Shown: in pieces, positions 51,508 through 64,000 of the stretch
How positions within the stretch are numbered: position 1 is the first letter of the stretch
How the letters are laid out: the number at the start of each line of letters is the position of its first letter
Source of the DNA: Eledone cirrhosa
Taxonomy: Eukaryota
DNA length: 64,000 nucleotides
Assembly: GCA_964016885.1 (NCBI GenBank)
Contig: OZ024746.1
Coordinates: 73,532,001-73,596,000 of the forward strand
Direction: 5' to 3'
Notes under the pieces: generated by a model
The model's database searches: none
Seen by the model: only the letters and a program-made list of their open reading frames with translations
What the model was told of the DNA's origin: nothing
Program-made: the position numbers and the translations under genes

Positions 51508-53597
51508 TCCTGTTACAAGCATTCAGACATTGTCTCTGGTCTAAGGTTAACCCATAAGTTGTGATTTCTTCCTCTCTTTCCCTGACTATCCTCAGAGATC
51601 TTACAAGGAACTAAGTCGCAAATTTGTCATATGGTATTGTTTAGCTCTGATTAAAGGATTTCCAGCAGTTAGCATCCCTTTTTAAGGATATCTAAGTACA
51701 TGAACGAATGTATCTTTTCTCTTGTTAAACATTTTTTTTTTATATTATAGATAATATATTATCATTGATAATTGCATATTCTACAACATTGGTTTCTAAA
51801 AAGGGAGTGAAAAAAATCATGATCAACATATTTATCAAAACCAACATTATTAATAAACCCAATCACGACACTGAATCAATATACAGCTTGGAGATCAGAG
51901 TCGTTCCATGATGACTGCTTCTTCTCCGAACTGAGAGATCGCAGCTCTGATACTACTGACATGTGGTCAGAATGTCTAAAGAGAGAATTGGTGGACAGAT
52001 TTTACGGGTAGAACCAATCTGCAGGAGACCTAGCAAAATGGTAGGATAACATCCATGAGCTCGGCTGGTCCCGCTTGGGGATCCAGCCGAAACAACTGAA
52101 GACAGCTGCTTCTGACAGGACCCTCTGAGGGCGTGTTTGAGGACTCAGTCCCATGACACTCCCTGGAATAAGTGTGTCTGTGGGGGGGAGGGTGGTTTTT
52201 TTTTGGGGGGGGGGGGAGCAACAACAACAAATGCCATATTACTAAATTTGTTCAAATACTGCCATAATCCCACACGCTATTTTACGTTCAGACCGAATAG
52301 ACAAGATCGGACGTTCAACTGGTAACCACATTAAATAGTCTATGCCACAACATATTAACAATAGCAATGATATCACACAAGGAAGTAGGGGTTTAGATGA
52401 AGTTGCGAAAGAAAAGTCAACCATATGAAATAAGTTAGCCAGAAGTAGTACAGAACTAGATGGGGTGTCTCATTGCAATAGTAGTAGTAATGATAATGAT
52501 AATGTAAACAAGTCCTATAAGACGTTGATTAAATGAAGTGTTTGGTGGAATGGGAACAGGATCTTGTTTCCATGGCGATAATAGCACCATAACTGTTATT
52601 TAATTCGTTTCTCCAGAGAATGTTGTCGTTTAGTGTGATTAATTTCGTTTTGGTCCTCCCGGCAAGAATGTTTGACAAAGTAAACCTCGATATACATTAT
52701 GGAAAACACAACCTTTATATATTTCTTTCTTTGAAGTTTTACTAAACGAACAAATGATATTTGAAATATATGTAAAAATTGAACAGAACGATTTCATTGG
52801 ATTCACCAAGTAATTACAGATAATTAGCAATATATTTCTAATAACCATGCATAAGCATAGATCTAATTAAAGAATAAAGTGTAGGAATTTTCGCTGTTTC
52901 AAGAAAACACGTGTTTTCATTATTGGTTTCTTTTGACTAGGCAAAAGGCCAATTTACAGTCGGTCAAATCTACACCGGTATCACATTATTTGTTTTATCG
53001 GTTAAGTGTAAAATTAATCCTGGTGGGACTGAAACTAACAATGAGACGACAAAACAAATTATTGAAAAGCATTTGCTTCAGTGCTTTGACAACTCGTTGT
53101 GAGATTTTTTAAATATTGAGTAGGGTGGACGAAATAGTACGTAGAATATTGAACTGGATGCATTAAGATAAAGAAAAGCATTCGGAAAACTACATTTTGT
53201 CGGTTTAAAACTAGAGTGGAGTTGATTTAGATTTTCATTTCTCCAGAGCGTATGGTGTCGATGAAATAAATACCAGTGATAGACTGAGATAAAAAAAAAG
53301 GAAAAAATTGGCCTTGAAACTAATAAAACACAGATCAATATTGCCACATAGGCGGAGTATGGAACAGATTTGTAATAGTTTTCAGAGTAAGTTAATAAAG
53401 AGGTGTTTACGACACCACGAGGATAGACACCGGACGATCTAAAGCTACTAAAATGAGTAAGATTAATGATTTATGCTGATTATCCGACACCTAAAATGAT
53501 AGCAATCTGTCCATTTAAAATATACAGTGACACAAAAATCATGTGTAAATTTACGAGATATAAACAAAGTAGTAAAGTACACAAACAGAATACTTAC

Positions 53598-53680
53598 TTA
53601 AACATGATATTAAACAGTATGGTAGACGCCATGATGGTTGACTTGACAAAAGACACGACACTTGTTTCGTGGCTCACTTA
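53598..53680 (-). promoter_or_regulatory. YEATS2: Putative YEATS2 non-coding first exon and promoter
   Basis: Strong gtaagta donor at 53597; YY1-like ATCATGGCGTCT; locally raised CpG at 52.6-54.1 kb; the ATG exon has an acceptor, so an upstream exon is required. Confidence 0.5.
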
Positions 53681-54555
53681 GTTAACTGGGTCCTCAGACG
53701 AATAGCATTAAAAATAACAATAGAAGTATGTTACAAAAATATAATTAACTAATTAATATAAATATTAATAATTTATTAAATTCGACACAAGACTGAAACT
53801 TTTAATAGTGGACCATAAGAGTTTGTGCTATTAAGGCTTAAACTAAATAATGAGCGGCGCGAGTGAATGAAATGTCTAAATGGAGTTCATATGTATTAAA
53901 AAATAAACAAATACACATTCACCCACCTCTCTCTCATACATATGTATGTTCTGGCATGTTTACATGCCTACACATAGAAAATATGTATATTTATATACAC
54001 ATTGATGCAGTCTCGGCTACCCAATCTGTATGTATACAGATATAACGCTCGTTAAATTATATATATAATATATATATATAAACATTAAGTACAAGTCAAC
54101 AGGTTATAATTAACCTCGTTTATTCATAATCGCTGTTATATATATTTCAGTGATAACCCCATACACAAAAATTAAAATACACAACAAACCCACAAAATTA
54201 CATATTACCCCTGCTTACTGCAGGTAATTGGAATTGACAAGTTATACATACATATAAATGTTAAATGCAAAACAAAAAAACTGCTACCCGGTAATATATA
54301 AATACAAATACCTAAACATTAAATGAAAATACATAGTACATCTGCAAAATGTTAATGTTAAACGTTATACATAAATGTACTGACAAGTTCGTGTCAGTGC
54401 TGTCACAGAGATTTGAGCAAAAACTTACCAATTCTACCATAGTAATGTTAAATTCATCTGTCAAGGTAAAACTTTATAAGTTTATAAATTATACCTACTT
54501 ATAGTGATATGCATCACTACAATACCTACAAAAATCCTTTTCTTTCTACTCTCAG

Positions 54556-55022
54556 CATCATCATCATCATCATTATCATTGTTTAACGTCCATCTTCCAC
54601 GCTAGCATGGGCTAGACGGGTTTGTCCCACTTGAGGCAAGATTGGTCGGGTGACCGTGTCTCGCTCGTATAGAACTGTTTCTGGTTGGTTTTCTATGGCT
54701 GGATGCCCTTCCTAACCCCAACCACATTTACAGTGTGGACTAGAAGCTTTTTTACCATGTCTCCTACACGACCACTTTACAGTGTGGACTGGATGTTTTG
54801 TGGTACCAACATAACTTTACAGAGAAAGGGTGGTGTGTGAGGATGGAGTAGGAGGTGTGGTGTGAGGTGTATATTGGTTAAGAGGTGCCTACTGACTGTA
54901 GGTTTAAGTTCGTACGGAAGGGAAGGCAGGTCTTCTGTATTACTGCATAGTGTCAAAGATCTTGATCCAGTGACATTGTCTTAGAGAGGTGTAAGTGTAC
55001 AAGGTCAGTTTTTATCACCTCG
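54556..55022 (-). mobile_element. 3' fragment of the RTE LINE family at 60013-62252
   Basis: Shares gtgcctactgactgtaggttt and cagtgacattgtctt.gagaggtgtaagtgt plus the (TCA)n tail. Confidence 0.8.
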
Positions 55023-55029
55023 CGTAATG

Positions 55030-55630
55030 AACTCATCAAACTGCATCATTTTCAGAACACTGCTCTCTATAGCCAGAAGACACAGAACACTTAGTATTTT
55101 GTGGATCAATATGATTCTCATGTAAATCTTTTAGAGTGGTAATTTGTTGAATAATCTCTTTCCTGAATACCTAGTAACTATCAAACACAAATATATCATA
55201 AGAACTACCTCAACACTTGGAAAGGTATCAGCAAGCCATTCATCATGGAATTAAACTGCCTGTTGAGATGTCGCATGACATTACCTGAGCTTGGGAAAGG
55301 CTGCAAAATGGACAATTTCTTCTATTACCACATAACTAAACTCACAGAGGAAAGCAATAATAAGTTTCTCAGCTTCAGTTCTTATCTCTGCATCTGGTAA
55401 ACTACTTAATTTCATTGTGGCTTTGAACTTATACACTAATTCATAGACACTGATCAAAAATGCATCTGAGCTTTTCTCCTGAGGAAAGGACAATTTCCTC
55501 TGAGATTGATGTTGTATTTGTATTGTCATGTTGACCTACCTGTTGTTGCTTTGTGGTTGGTTATGGTTCAGAAGTTCTAGGCTTTCTTTTATAACATTTT
55601 ATACCTATCCCGAAGAGATTTTAGAAACTT
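55030..55630 (-). mobile_element. hAT transposase C-terminal (dimerisation domain) remnant
   Basis: 55140-55232 reads ADTFPSVEVVLMIYLCLIVTRYSGKRLFNKL, resembling TFPN..I.LRIYL...VT..SGERSFSKL. Confidence 0.7.
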
Positions 55631-56625
55631 TTCTAGAGAATCTGTTTTTACAGATTGGTTAACCTAAGGCATCACACAATGTGATCAAATCTGAAACTAT
55701 GTGGTTACAAAGTGAATTTCTTAAACATACTGCCATATCTATGCCTTATCATTGAAGTGTTATATTTTTGTCTAAGATGTCTTCATGCTTTGCTTATTAA
55801 TGAATTTTTATAGATATTTCTGTACCTTATTGCTATTTAATTTGGCGTATTAAAGATACAGATATATGGAAACCTATCATTTTAATAGATTTTATAAGCC
55901 TTTTCTAATATGATGAATCAACGAAAATAAAACTTTTATATTAAAAAAAATTGTCACACACACACACACACACATAAGCAACTGGCATCTGTAGATTGTT
56001 TCTCTCCTCACACTCTCACTCTCTGTGGCTTTCTTCTTTTCATGTCCCTCCCCATTAATTTGCTGTAGCTCAAGGAATTTCAGAAAAAACAAAAAAATTC
56101 CATCAGTTGAAATCTATTTATAAATAAACATGGAAGTACAGCTGCTAAAGCTAAGATATAATTATTTTTCTATTTATTATGAATTAATAACCAGGACTAA
56201 ATCTAAATGCTTTGTTTAAGAGAAATATTTAATTTAATTTAGAGAAAAACACTTTATATTCTCAGCTATGATGAAAGCTAAATCTAGGCTGCTCATGTCA
56301 CCAAACCTCAACCTCTCATCCCTCCCCACCACCTTCCTGCAGGGCACTTTACTCATCTGCCCATGTGAATTGCCCAAATGGCTGCCATTTACTGAACTAA
56401 ATATGATCATAACCATAACTTCTTGATAAATTATTCCACTAGTGACTGTGATATTTAACTAACCTTATAGTTAGTTAATTTCTATAACTTAGTTGATAGT
56501 TATAATTGTATAATTTGAGTGTTTCTGCATAATGAGTAAATGAGTCTTGTACTCTCAGCCACTGTCATGTTAGGAAGCTAGACAGGTCAGGTAACTGTGG
56601 GATTAAAATGATGATAAAGATGATA

Positions 56626-56656
<31 letters not shown>

Positions 56657-56928
56657 CAAAGGTGACGACAAAATAATGGTTTCTACTTTTGGCACAAGTC
56701 CAGCAATTATCCCAGTGCATTACTGGTACTTTATTTCATTAACCCCGTAAGGATGAAAGGCAAAGTTAACCTCAGCGACATTTGAACTCAGACCATAAAG
56801 GCTCGTAATTCTTTGCTGCTAAGCATGGCGTCCGACCCTCTACCGATACTGCCAATCCACCAATGTTGATTGATTGTTGAAAAACCATTAAGAAATGTGT
56901 GACACATTGAATTTTCAGCTGCACAACA

Positions 56929-56966
<38 letters not shown>

Positions 56967-57082
56967 CTGCCAGACAGTCCAACCAATCTTGCCTCACGTG
57001 GGACAATTCCCGTCTAAACCCATGCTAGCATGGAAGATAGATGTTAAACGACGATGATGATGATGATATATATATATATATA

Positions 57083-57158
57083 CAGGATGTCCCTCAAATA
57101 TGTATACACACTTTGATTAGAATGCTGCTGAAGTGTGTATACATTCTTTTGGGACACC

Positions 57159-57161
<3 letters not shown>
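57083..57161. mobile_element. 79-bp Tc1/mariner-type mini-MITE inside a (TA)n array
   Basis: CAGGATGTCCCTCAAATATGTATACACACTT / AAGTGTGTATACATTCTTTTGGGACACCCTG inverted termini. Confidence 0.75.
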
Positions 57162-57194
<33 letters not shown>

Positions 57195-57329
57195 CCATGC
57201 AAAAGCTCATGATATTTTCATGTCTTCAGTGTCATAAGAACAATCTGATCTTTGTTTGCAAGCATAAAACAACTGTAGGCATATGTGCCTGCAAGTCTAG
57301 CTTGGGGTAGGAGTTAAGTATAAATAAGA

Positions 57330-58020
57330 GGTTGCTGCTCATGCAGTCAGACACTTCATTGAGCATACACCCCCTTCATCAACTCACTTAATGGTGAAGC
57401 TTGACATGCAAAACGCTTTTAACATTGTTAGGCAAGATCACATCTTAGAAATGTGTCTAAGACAGGCTCCCTCTATATTCTCTCTTGCACATCTGTCTTT
57501 TGTGACATCCAGCACACTTATTGCTTCTTGCAACAAGATTACTTCTGCTACAGGTGTCCAGCAAGGAGACCCACTCAGCGCACTCTACTTTGCACTGGCT
57601 GTTGATGACATTGCTCATTCAGTCTGCTAGCTCTTCAATGTCTGGTACTTGGATGACACTGAGTGGCTCAGTTGAGTCTGTCGTCGACGACCTTCAGTAA
57701 GTCATCTTAGTACTATCACTTGTTGGACTTGAGATCAACTCATCCAAGTTTCATTTGAATTTCAAGACACCGTACTCATCATCTGACATATTCTGACTGG
57801 GGCACAACTAATACCGAAGGACAATGCCTACATTCTCGATTCTCCAATCTTATCAAAGGCTATAGGAGAGTGCCTGGAGATTAAGCATGCTGATCTGACA
57901 AAGATGATGGAGAGATTGCATCTTGCACTCTTCCTTCTGAAGAACTGCTTCACCTTTCCCAAACACCTCTTCATGCTGCACAGTATGCCTTGTCATCCTC
58001 ATACAGATCCCCTTGTTGGA
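57330..58020 (+). mobile_element. CRE-clade non-LTR retrotransposon RT fragment, disrupted
   Basis: KLDMQNAFNIVR, SATGVQQGDPLS, FNVWYLDD motifs. Confidence 0.8.
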
Positions 58021-59108
58021 TTTGACATCACTATCTGATGCTGTGCTGAACTCCTCTGCAATGTTAGTAGTTGTAGTGGGTATCTCTGGCCATTCTCTGC
58101 AGCAATGCCATTGCCATTGTCCATAGGGTACAGCTGAAACATACCACTCACACTGGGGTGTACAGTCTGTTGCTCTACTTTCCCTTTCTTTCATTGCTTA
58201 ATTTTTTTTTCTTCTCCATCTTTTTCGTTTCCTTACTGTTATCTATATGGTACTATTTTTGTGAATAAAGTTATCTATCTCGAATTTGGAAAGATTTCGT
58301 AATATACCTAACCTACTCATTATTTGGAACATAACTTAACAAAGGTTCTTGAATAACATTATAATTGTTTCTACTTTTGGCACAAGTCCAGCAATTATCC
58401 CAGTGCATTACTGGTACTTTATTTCATCGACCCCCGTAAGGATGAAAGGCAAAGTTAACCTCAGCGGGATTTGAACTCAGACCGTAAAGGGCCGTAACTC
58501 TATGCTGCAAAGCATGGAGTCCGACCCTCTACTGATACTGCCAATCCACCGCCCCTTACTGCCAAGAATAACATAATGGAAAGTGTTTAGATAAAATATA
58601 CTACCAGGGGTAGTTTGAGGCAATTTGGTAATGAAAGGGTTAATAATATTGCACAATATATTAGTTATTATTCTGTGTACTCTAAGAATTGCTATAATTA
58701 TATAGAACACTAACTTTACAGTCACCATTTATTGATTTACTCTGAGTGTGATAAATTCTAGTGACACTCTGGAATATGAAACACAAGCCATATATTATGT
58801 GTGATGCTTAAATCTGCCTGCACAAATTATGTTGAATTAACACTTCCCTTATTACTCTGTCTAAACCTGCCTATTCATACAGCAAATATTCTCCATATTG
58901 TCTGTGTGTCTGTTATTTAAATGAAAAGAAATAAATAGTCTTAAAACGGATTTGTGAATAATAGCGATCTATCCCTCAGGGTTTGGCTATGGTTAATCCT
59001 TCAAATATACACTGTGCATAAAAAAGTTTTAGTTTCAATTACAGGCAGACTGTCGCATTGATTCTTTGTGCGTAAAAGTCGACAGAATGATGTACTTCAA
59101 CTGATACA

Positions 59109-59159
<51 letters not shown>

Positions 59160-59186
59160 ACTACTACTACTACTACTACTACTACT
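59109..59186. repeat. Compound (CTG)n(CTA)n microsatellite
   Basis: Direct reading. Confidence 0.95.
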
Positions 59187-59869
59187 GATAATAGTAACAA
59201 TTTCTCTCAGAGTGATACAGTTTGTATGGAAAGAGGAACAGTCGATTAAATTGACTCCAGTACTTGACTAATATTTTATTTCATTGAACCTTCAAGGATG
59301 AAAGACATTGTTGGCCTCAGTAGATTGTCCAGAATTAATGGAAAGAAGCCCAATAGTATTATCCTTTGCCCTTGGTCTAGAAGTAGATGACTCAAAGTTG
59401 AGCAATTGATAGAATTGTAAGTGAGCTGAACTTGATGTCTTGCAATATTTGTTCTGGTTCTTTATATTCCACTGTGGCTTATTTCAGTGTTAGATTTAAT
59501 GTGTTGTTCAGTTTAATACCACAACCTAGTACTTGAGTGCTCCTTTTTTGCAAACATTGAGGTTAGGTTCCAGATTTGAAGATACCTTTCTATCTTCCAC
59601 CAGGTTTGGAGTTCCTGAAAAGAGTAATGGGCACCGCACTACCCTCCTTCACTAAATAGTGACAAAAAATTAAAAAAATACCAATGCTGAATTAAGCCCC
59701 AAAATACAAAAAAAAAAAAAATCCTATTAAGTCCTCACTATTTCTCTTACTTTCTTTTGGGTGTGTTCAGATACTGGAACAAAAACAAGGGAGAGAACTT
59801 CTATGGCTTGAGCTAATCCAAATTTTTAGAGACATTTTAAGACTGCATTTTAATGTGTGTGTGTGTGTG

Positions 59870-59909
<40 letters not shown>

Positions 59910-60012
59910 AAATATGTAATCTATGAGAAAGATGAGACCTCACCAACCAATACCAGCATGGAATGGAACACGGGTATGAAATAATGATGATGATGATGAT
60001 GATATATATATA

Positions 60013-62252
60013 TCATCATCATCATTTAACGTCCATCTTCCACGCTTGTATGGGTTTGGACGGGAGTTTTCCCACTTGAGGCAAGATTTGTTGTCCTGCT
60101 CGTATAGGACTGTCTGGTGGGTTTTCTACGGCTGGATGCCCTTCCTAACACCAACCACGTTTACATTGTGGATTGGGAGGTTTTTACCGTGTTACCTACA
60201 CGGCCACATTACAGTGTGGACTGTGTGTTTTTTTGTCGTGACACCTACACAACCTCATTTGTTTCGGACTGGATGTTGTGGAACCATCATAACCTCACAT
60301 TTAAGGGGGTGGTGTGGATGGGGTGGGGGATAGTGGGACGGGGGTGTATTTTGTTAGAGGTGCCTACTGACTGTAGGTTTCGCTTTTTACATAGGCAAGG
60401 CGGGTCTTCTGTATGACTGTGTAGCACCAAAGGTCTCGGTCCAGTGACATTGTCTTGGAGAGGTGTAAGTGTGTGAGGTCGGAATTTATCAAGTTATCCC
60501 AGGTTTTTCTGGGTCTGCCTACTCCGTGGCTACCGTCTATTTTTATCGCCCTGCACTTTTTTATACAGCTGTCGTCTTTCATGCGCATTACGTGACCGTA
60601 CCAACGTAGTCTTCTCTCGAGTAAACAACATCTGATCCCTCTTATTCCTAATTTCTCCCTTAGTTCGTTTATGCTTTGCCGTTCACATATATTACTATTA
60701 CACATCCAGCAGAGCATGCAAGCTTCGTTTCTCTCCAGTCTGCGTATATCCTCTGCACACAATGCCCAGGTCTCACTGCCATGTAACATTGCTGTTCGTA
60801 TGCAGGCATCATACAGCCTGCCTTTCATTTTTAGAGAGAACCCTTTAGCGGCCAATAGTGGTATAAGCTCTCTGAACGTTTTCCATCCCGTTCTGACTCT
60901 AGCTACTGTACTTTCAGAGCACCCTCCCCCACTGCTGATTTTGTCACCCAAGTAACGGAAGGTGTCCACTATTTCTATAGAACCATCTGTGCAATGGAAT
61001 GAGCTAGTATTCTGTGGGCACTTGCTGCTACTTATTGCACCAGAGTACCGGCTACATATAAAATCTATATTCTTAGTTAGCTTACCTGTGATCCCACTAC
61101 ATCTTTTATGCACCCATACTTTGCATTTGGGACATAAAATGGAGTTTCTGCCTACTCCTTTCCTACACACTGAGCATGGCCATTTCCCAGATGGGACCGG
61201 TGCCCTATTTTCCTTCCTACAAACTAGAACTTTAGTCTTAGACAAGTTAACTTTAAGGCCTTTTGATTCTAGGCCATGCTTCCATGTTTGGAATTTCTTC
61301 TCTAGTTCAGCCATTGATTCAGCTATGAGCGTTAGATCATCTGCATATAGGAGTTCCCATGGGCAGCCGGTCTTGAACTCCTCTGTTATAGCCTGAAGGG
61401 CAATAATAAATAGTAGGGGCTAAGAACGGAGCCCTGATGAACAACTTTTACGCTAAACTCTTCACTATACTCGTTGTTAATTCTAACCTTGCTGACTGTT
61501 TCTTTATACATGGCTTGTATAGCTCTCACAAGCCATTCATCAACACCTAATTTTCTAAGCGCCCACCAGATAATGGAGCAGGGGACTCTGTCAAAGGCTT
61601 TCTCCAAGTCAACAAAAGCTAAGTATAGGGGTTTACTTTTAGCTAGGTACTTCTCCTGTAGTTGTTGTACAATAAAAAGAGTGTCTGTGGTACTTTTACC
61701 TGACACAAACCCGAACTGCATTTCATCTAGATCAATTCGTTCTCTGATTAGTTGTGCTATTACTTTTTCTGTGACCTTCATGACCTGGTCGATTAATTTA
61801 ATGCCTCTATAGTTACCCCTATCTAGGGCATCTTCTTTACCCTTGTAGCAGTTAATGATGATGCTGCTACGCCAGTCCTTCGGAACGGCCCCATTCTGTA
61901 TGACTTGGTTTACTAACCGGGTGACCATAGTGTGTTCCACCGTTCCAGATGCTTTCAGCATTTCAGCAACTATTTCCAAAGGCCCAGGTGCCTTACCCGT
62001 CTTCAAATCTTTGATTGCCTTACTTATTATACTACCTTCAACTAGCACTGCTGGTCCCTCTATTGGATCGATGTGGGGGAGACTGTCTTTCTCCCATTTA
62101 TTCTTCTCATTTAGTAGCCTTTTGTAGTGACACTTCCAAGCTACCTTCTTATCAGCGTCAGTGATGGCAAGTACACCATCATCATTAAAGACACACTTCT
62201 CCCCGACAATATCACGGTTTTCCTTGATACATTGCCTAGCAATCCTGAACAC
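60013..62252 (-). mobile_element. 5'-truncated RTE-clade LINE: RT plus inserted Cys/His zinc-finger, frameshifted, with 3' UTR and (TGA)n tail; inserted in (TA)n
   Basis: ORFs 61386-62252 and 60364-61314: NYRGIKL, MQFGF, AFVDLEKAFDRVP, HQGSVLSP, LLYADDL, CSVC...CPKC..WVHKRC, FRYLGD, LHGSETW, RRLRWYGHV. Confidence 0.93.
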
Positions 62253-62505
62253 TATATATATTATAGAAATGACTTCTACAGGACTAGAACTGTTTCATTT
62301 GTAAGAAATCATCAGGACTTTACTAATGATTTCTTACGAAGGAAACAGTTCTATTCCTTATAGAATATTTCTATAATAAGATAACTAAAATAACTCTGCC
62401 TATACTCTACTAACATAATATACCTTTTCTAATTGTCATCACCTCCTGATATACATTTGGAAAGCCCTTTAGCTAAATTCCTGTGGAGAGCAGGGTGGAG
62501 GAAGC

Positions 62506-62546
62506 ACTGTCCTGATGATGGCCTAAGCCAGAAACATGTTGGTAGT
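62506..62546 (+). ncRNA. Minimal type I hammerhead ribozyme, copy 1
   Basis: ACTGTC-CTGATGA-TGGC-CTAA-GCCA-GAA-ACATGT-T-GGTAGT: core intact, stem I 6 bp (two G-U), stem II 4 bp, palindromic stem III. Confidence 0.7.
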
Positions 62547-62840
62547 TATCCCCTGCTGCTTCTGCCGGAACCTGCTAAATGGCACTAGCTGTCAGCTTTT
62601 CAATATACATAGCTAAAAGGCTTTCCAAATGTTTATTTGTAAACATGCAATATATCATTAAATTTACAAAATTCACATACTTATATGTATACAGCTATGT
62701 CTGAGCAAAAACTTTAATTCTACTTTCAGGCTGGGCTGACTTGACAGCTCCATATGCAAATGAGTCACATATACATAAGTGAAAAAAACTATATATTTTT
62801 GCCTGCTTTAAATTCCAGCATAGACCAAGGCAGGGGAAGC

Positions 62841-62881
62841 ACTGTCCTGATGATGGCCTGAGCCAGAAAGGTGTTGGCAAT
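62841..62881 (+). ncRNA. Minimal type I hammerhead ribozyme, copy 2 (stem III mutated)
   Basis: ACTGTC-CTGATGA-TGGC-CTGA-GCCA-GAA-AGGTGT-T-GGCAAT. Confidence 0.55.
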
Positions 62882-63119
62882 TATCCCCTGCTGCTTCTGT
62901 GTGTGTATGTATATATAGAGTAATGTAGTTTATACGAAGCATTGTGAGATATGTAGTAAAAGATCGATAATTCTTTTTAAAAGCCAGTACAATGTGGTAG
63001 AAAAATATGAAATGCAAATGGTGACAAATGAAACAAAACAAAACAATGTAATATTTTATCCAGTTTATGATATTTCAGTCCAAGACAAAAGAACATGAAC
63101 AATCAAAGTTTTCTTCCCT

Positions 63120-63390
63120 AACTGTTCCGTCAACAATGCAGAAATGTGCATAAGAGCATAAGATCACATGCAAAAAATGTAGCTCCTCATACATCAAAAG
63201 TGCCATAAGGATTAAGGAGTATATGACACTAAGAGCCTCTTCTGTTAAAAAAATCTTGACAGATTCCAAGTCACTGAGGTCACCATTGAAGCAACTGAAA
63301 GGAATATTGGGAATTTAAGGATTAAAGAGGCCATTTTCATCAGCCAAATAAAACCAGGAATAAATAATAAATCAGAAATGTGTGAGGCAG
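63120..63390 (+). mobile_element. Penelope-like GIY-YIG endonuclease remnant
   Basis: HKITCKKCSSSYI, RIKEYM, EVTIEATERNIGNLRIKEAIFISQIKPGINNKSE, with frameshifts. Confidence 0.75.
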
Positions 63391-63642
63391 AATGATTACT
63401 GTACCTATCCTGCGCATGCATTTTGCAAACACACAGATGAGCTAGGGAAGACAACTCAGTTTGTTTTGTCTTTGGCTGTTTCAGCTTCATATTTGAAAAG
63501 AAGGTAAGAACCCTGAAATATGCTAAAATACACCAGGTAAAACATCATTTGTTTTATTTTGCTAAGCTAGCATACGGATTACCCATGAAATTAACCTGGT
63601 AACCTAAGGTATAAGAGGAAGAAATAGTGTAGAGTGGGAATG

Positions 63643-63712
63643 CTTCTTCTTCTTCATCATCATCATCATCTTCTTCTTCTTCTTCTTCTTCTTCTTCTTC
63701 TTCTTCTTCTTC
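63643..63712. repeat. (TTC)n/(TCA)n compound microsatellite
   Basis: Direct reading. Confidence 0.95.
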
Positions 63713-64000
63713 CAGAGGGTCCTGAGTGCAATAGTCCATAAGGCTAGGGTCCTATATTTATGAATTTCCTAACTATACTATGGTGTGAAATCAATGCTTA
63801 GCATGGACATTTCACTTAGGTTGTATACTCTGCAATGTGTATCATAAACAGTGACTATTATAAAGCTCCATCTGTAGGTAGAATTCTGGAGATAGTTGCT
63901 GCATTAAAAAAACCCATCTGTTATATTTATCTGTGTACAGAGTGAGTAACAATATATACATTCCTTTATACTTAAAGTGAAGTGAAGCCTACTATTTAAA

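Noticed and set aside
59068-59271. Poly-Leu ORF (also poly-Glu ORF 63554-63739 and YI-repeat ORFs at 2108 and 44393)
   Set aside because: Translations of microsatellites

Overview
AT-rich, intron-rich animal genomic DNA. The repeat landscape (tRNA-derived Meta-like and CORE-like SINEs, RTE LINEs with (TGA)n tails, piggyBac/Tigger MITEs, Penelope-like elements, long (TA)n arrays) suggests an octopus-like mollusc; this is inference, not a database result. Three genes are supported. (1) The last two coding exons of mitochondrial arginyl-tRNA synthetase RARS2 (+, 397-3068). (2) A small single-coding-exon TIR-domain-only gene (+, ~16386-16799). (3) A complete YEATS2 orthologue (-, 16 coding exons from 45112 to 21797, 4581 nt, about 1526 aa, assembled by hand with GT-AG sites and consistent phases), including a 2774-nt S/T/P-rich exon and a probable non-coding first exon near 53.6 kb. 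Most ORF-track entries are transposon remnants, microsatellite read-through or antisense shadows. The most notable unexplained signals are minimal Penelope-associated hammerhead ribozymes (one pair in tandem, one copy boxed by a 23-bp inverted repeat), the atypical TIR-only protein, a ~420-bp palindrome with a telomere-like core nested inside inverted SINEs, and two fold-back inverted duplications centred on back-to-back retrotransposon tails.
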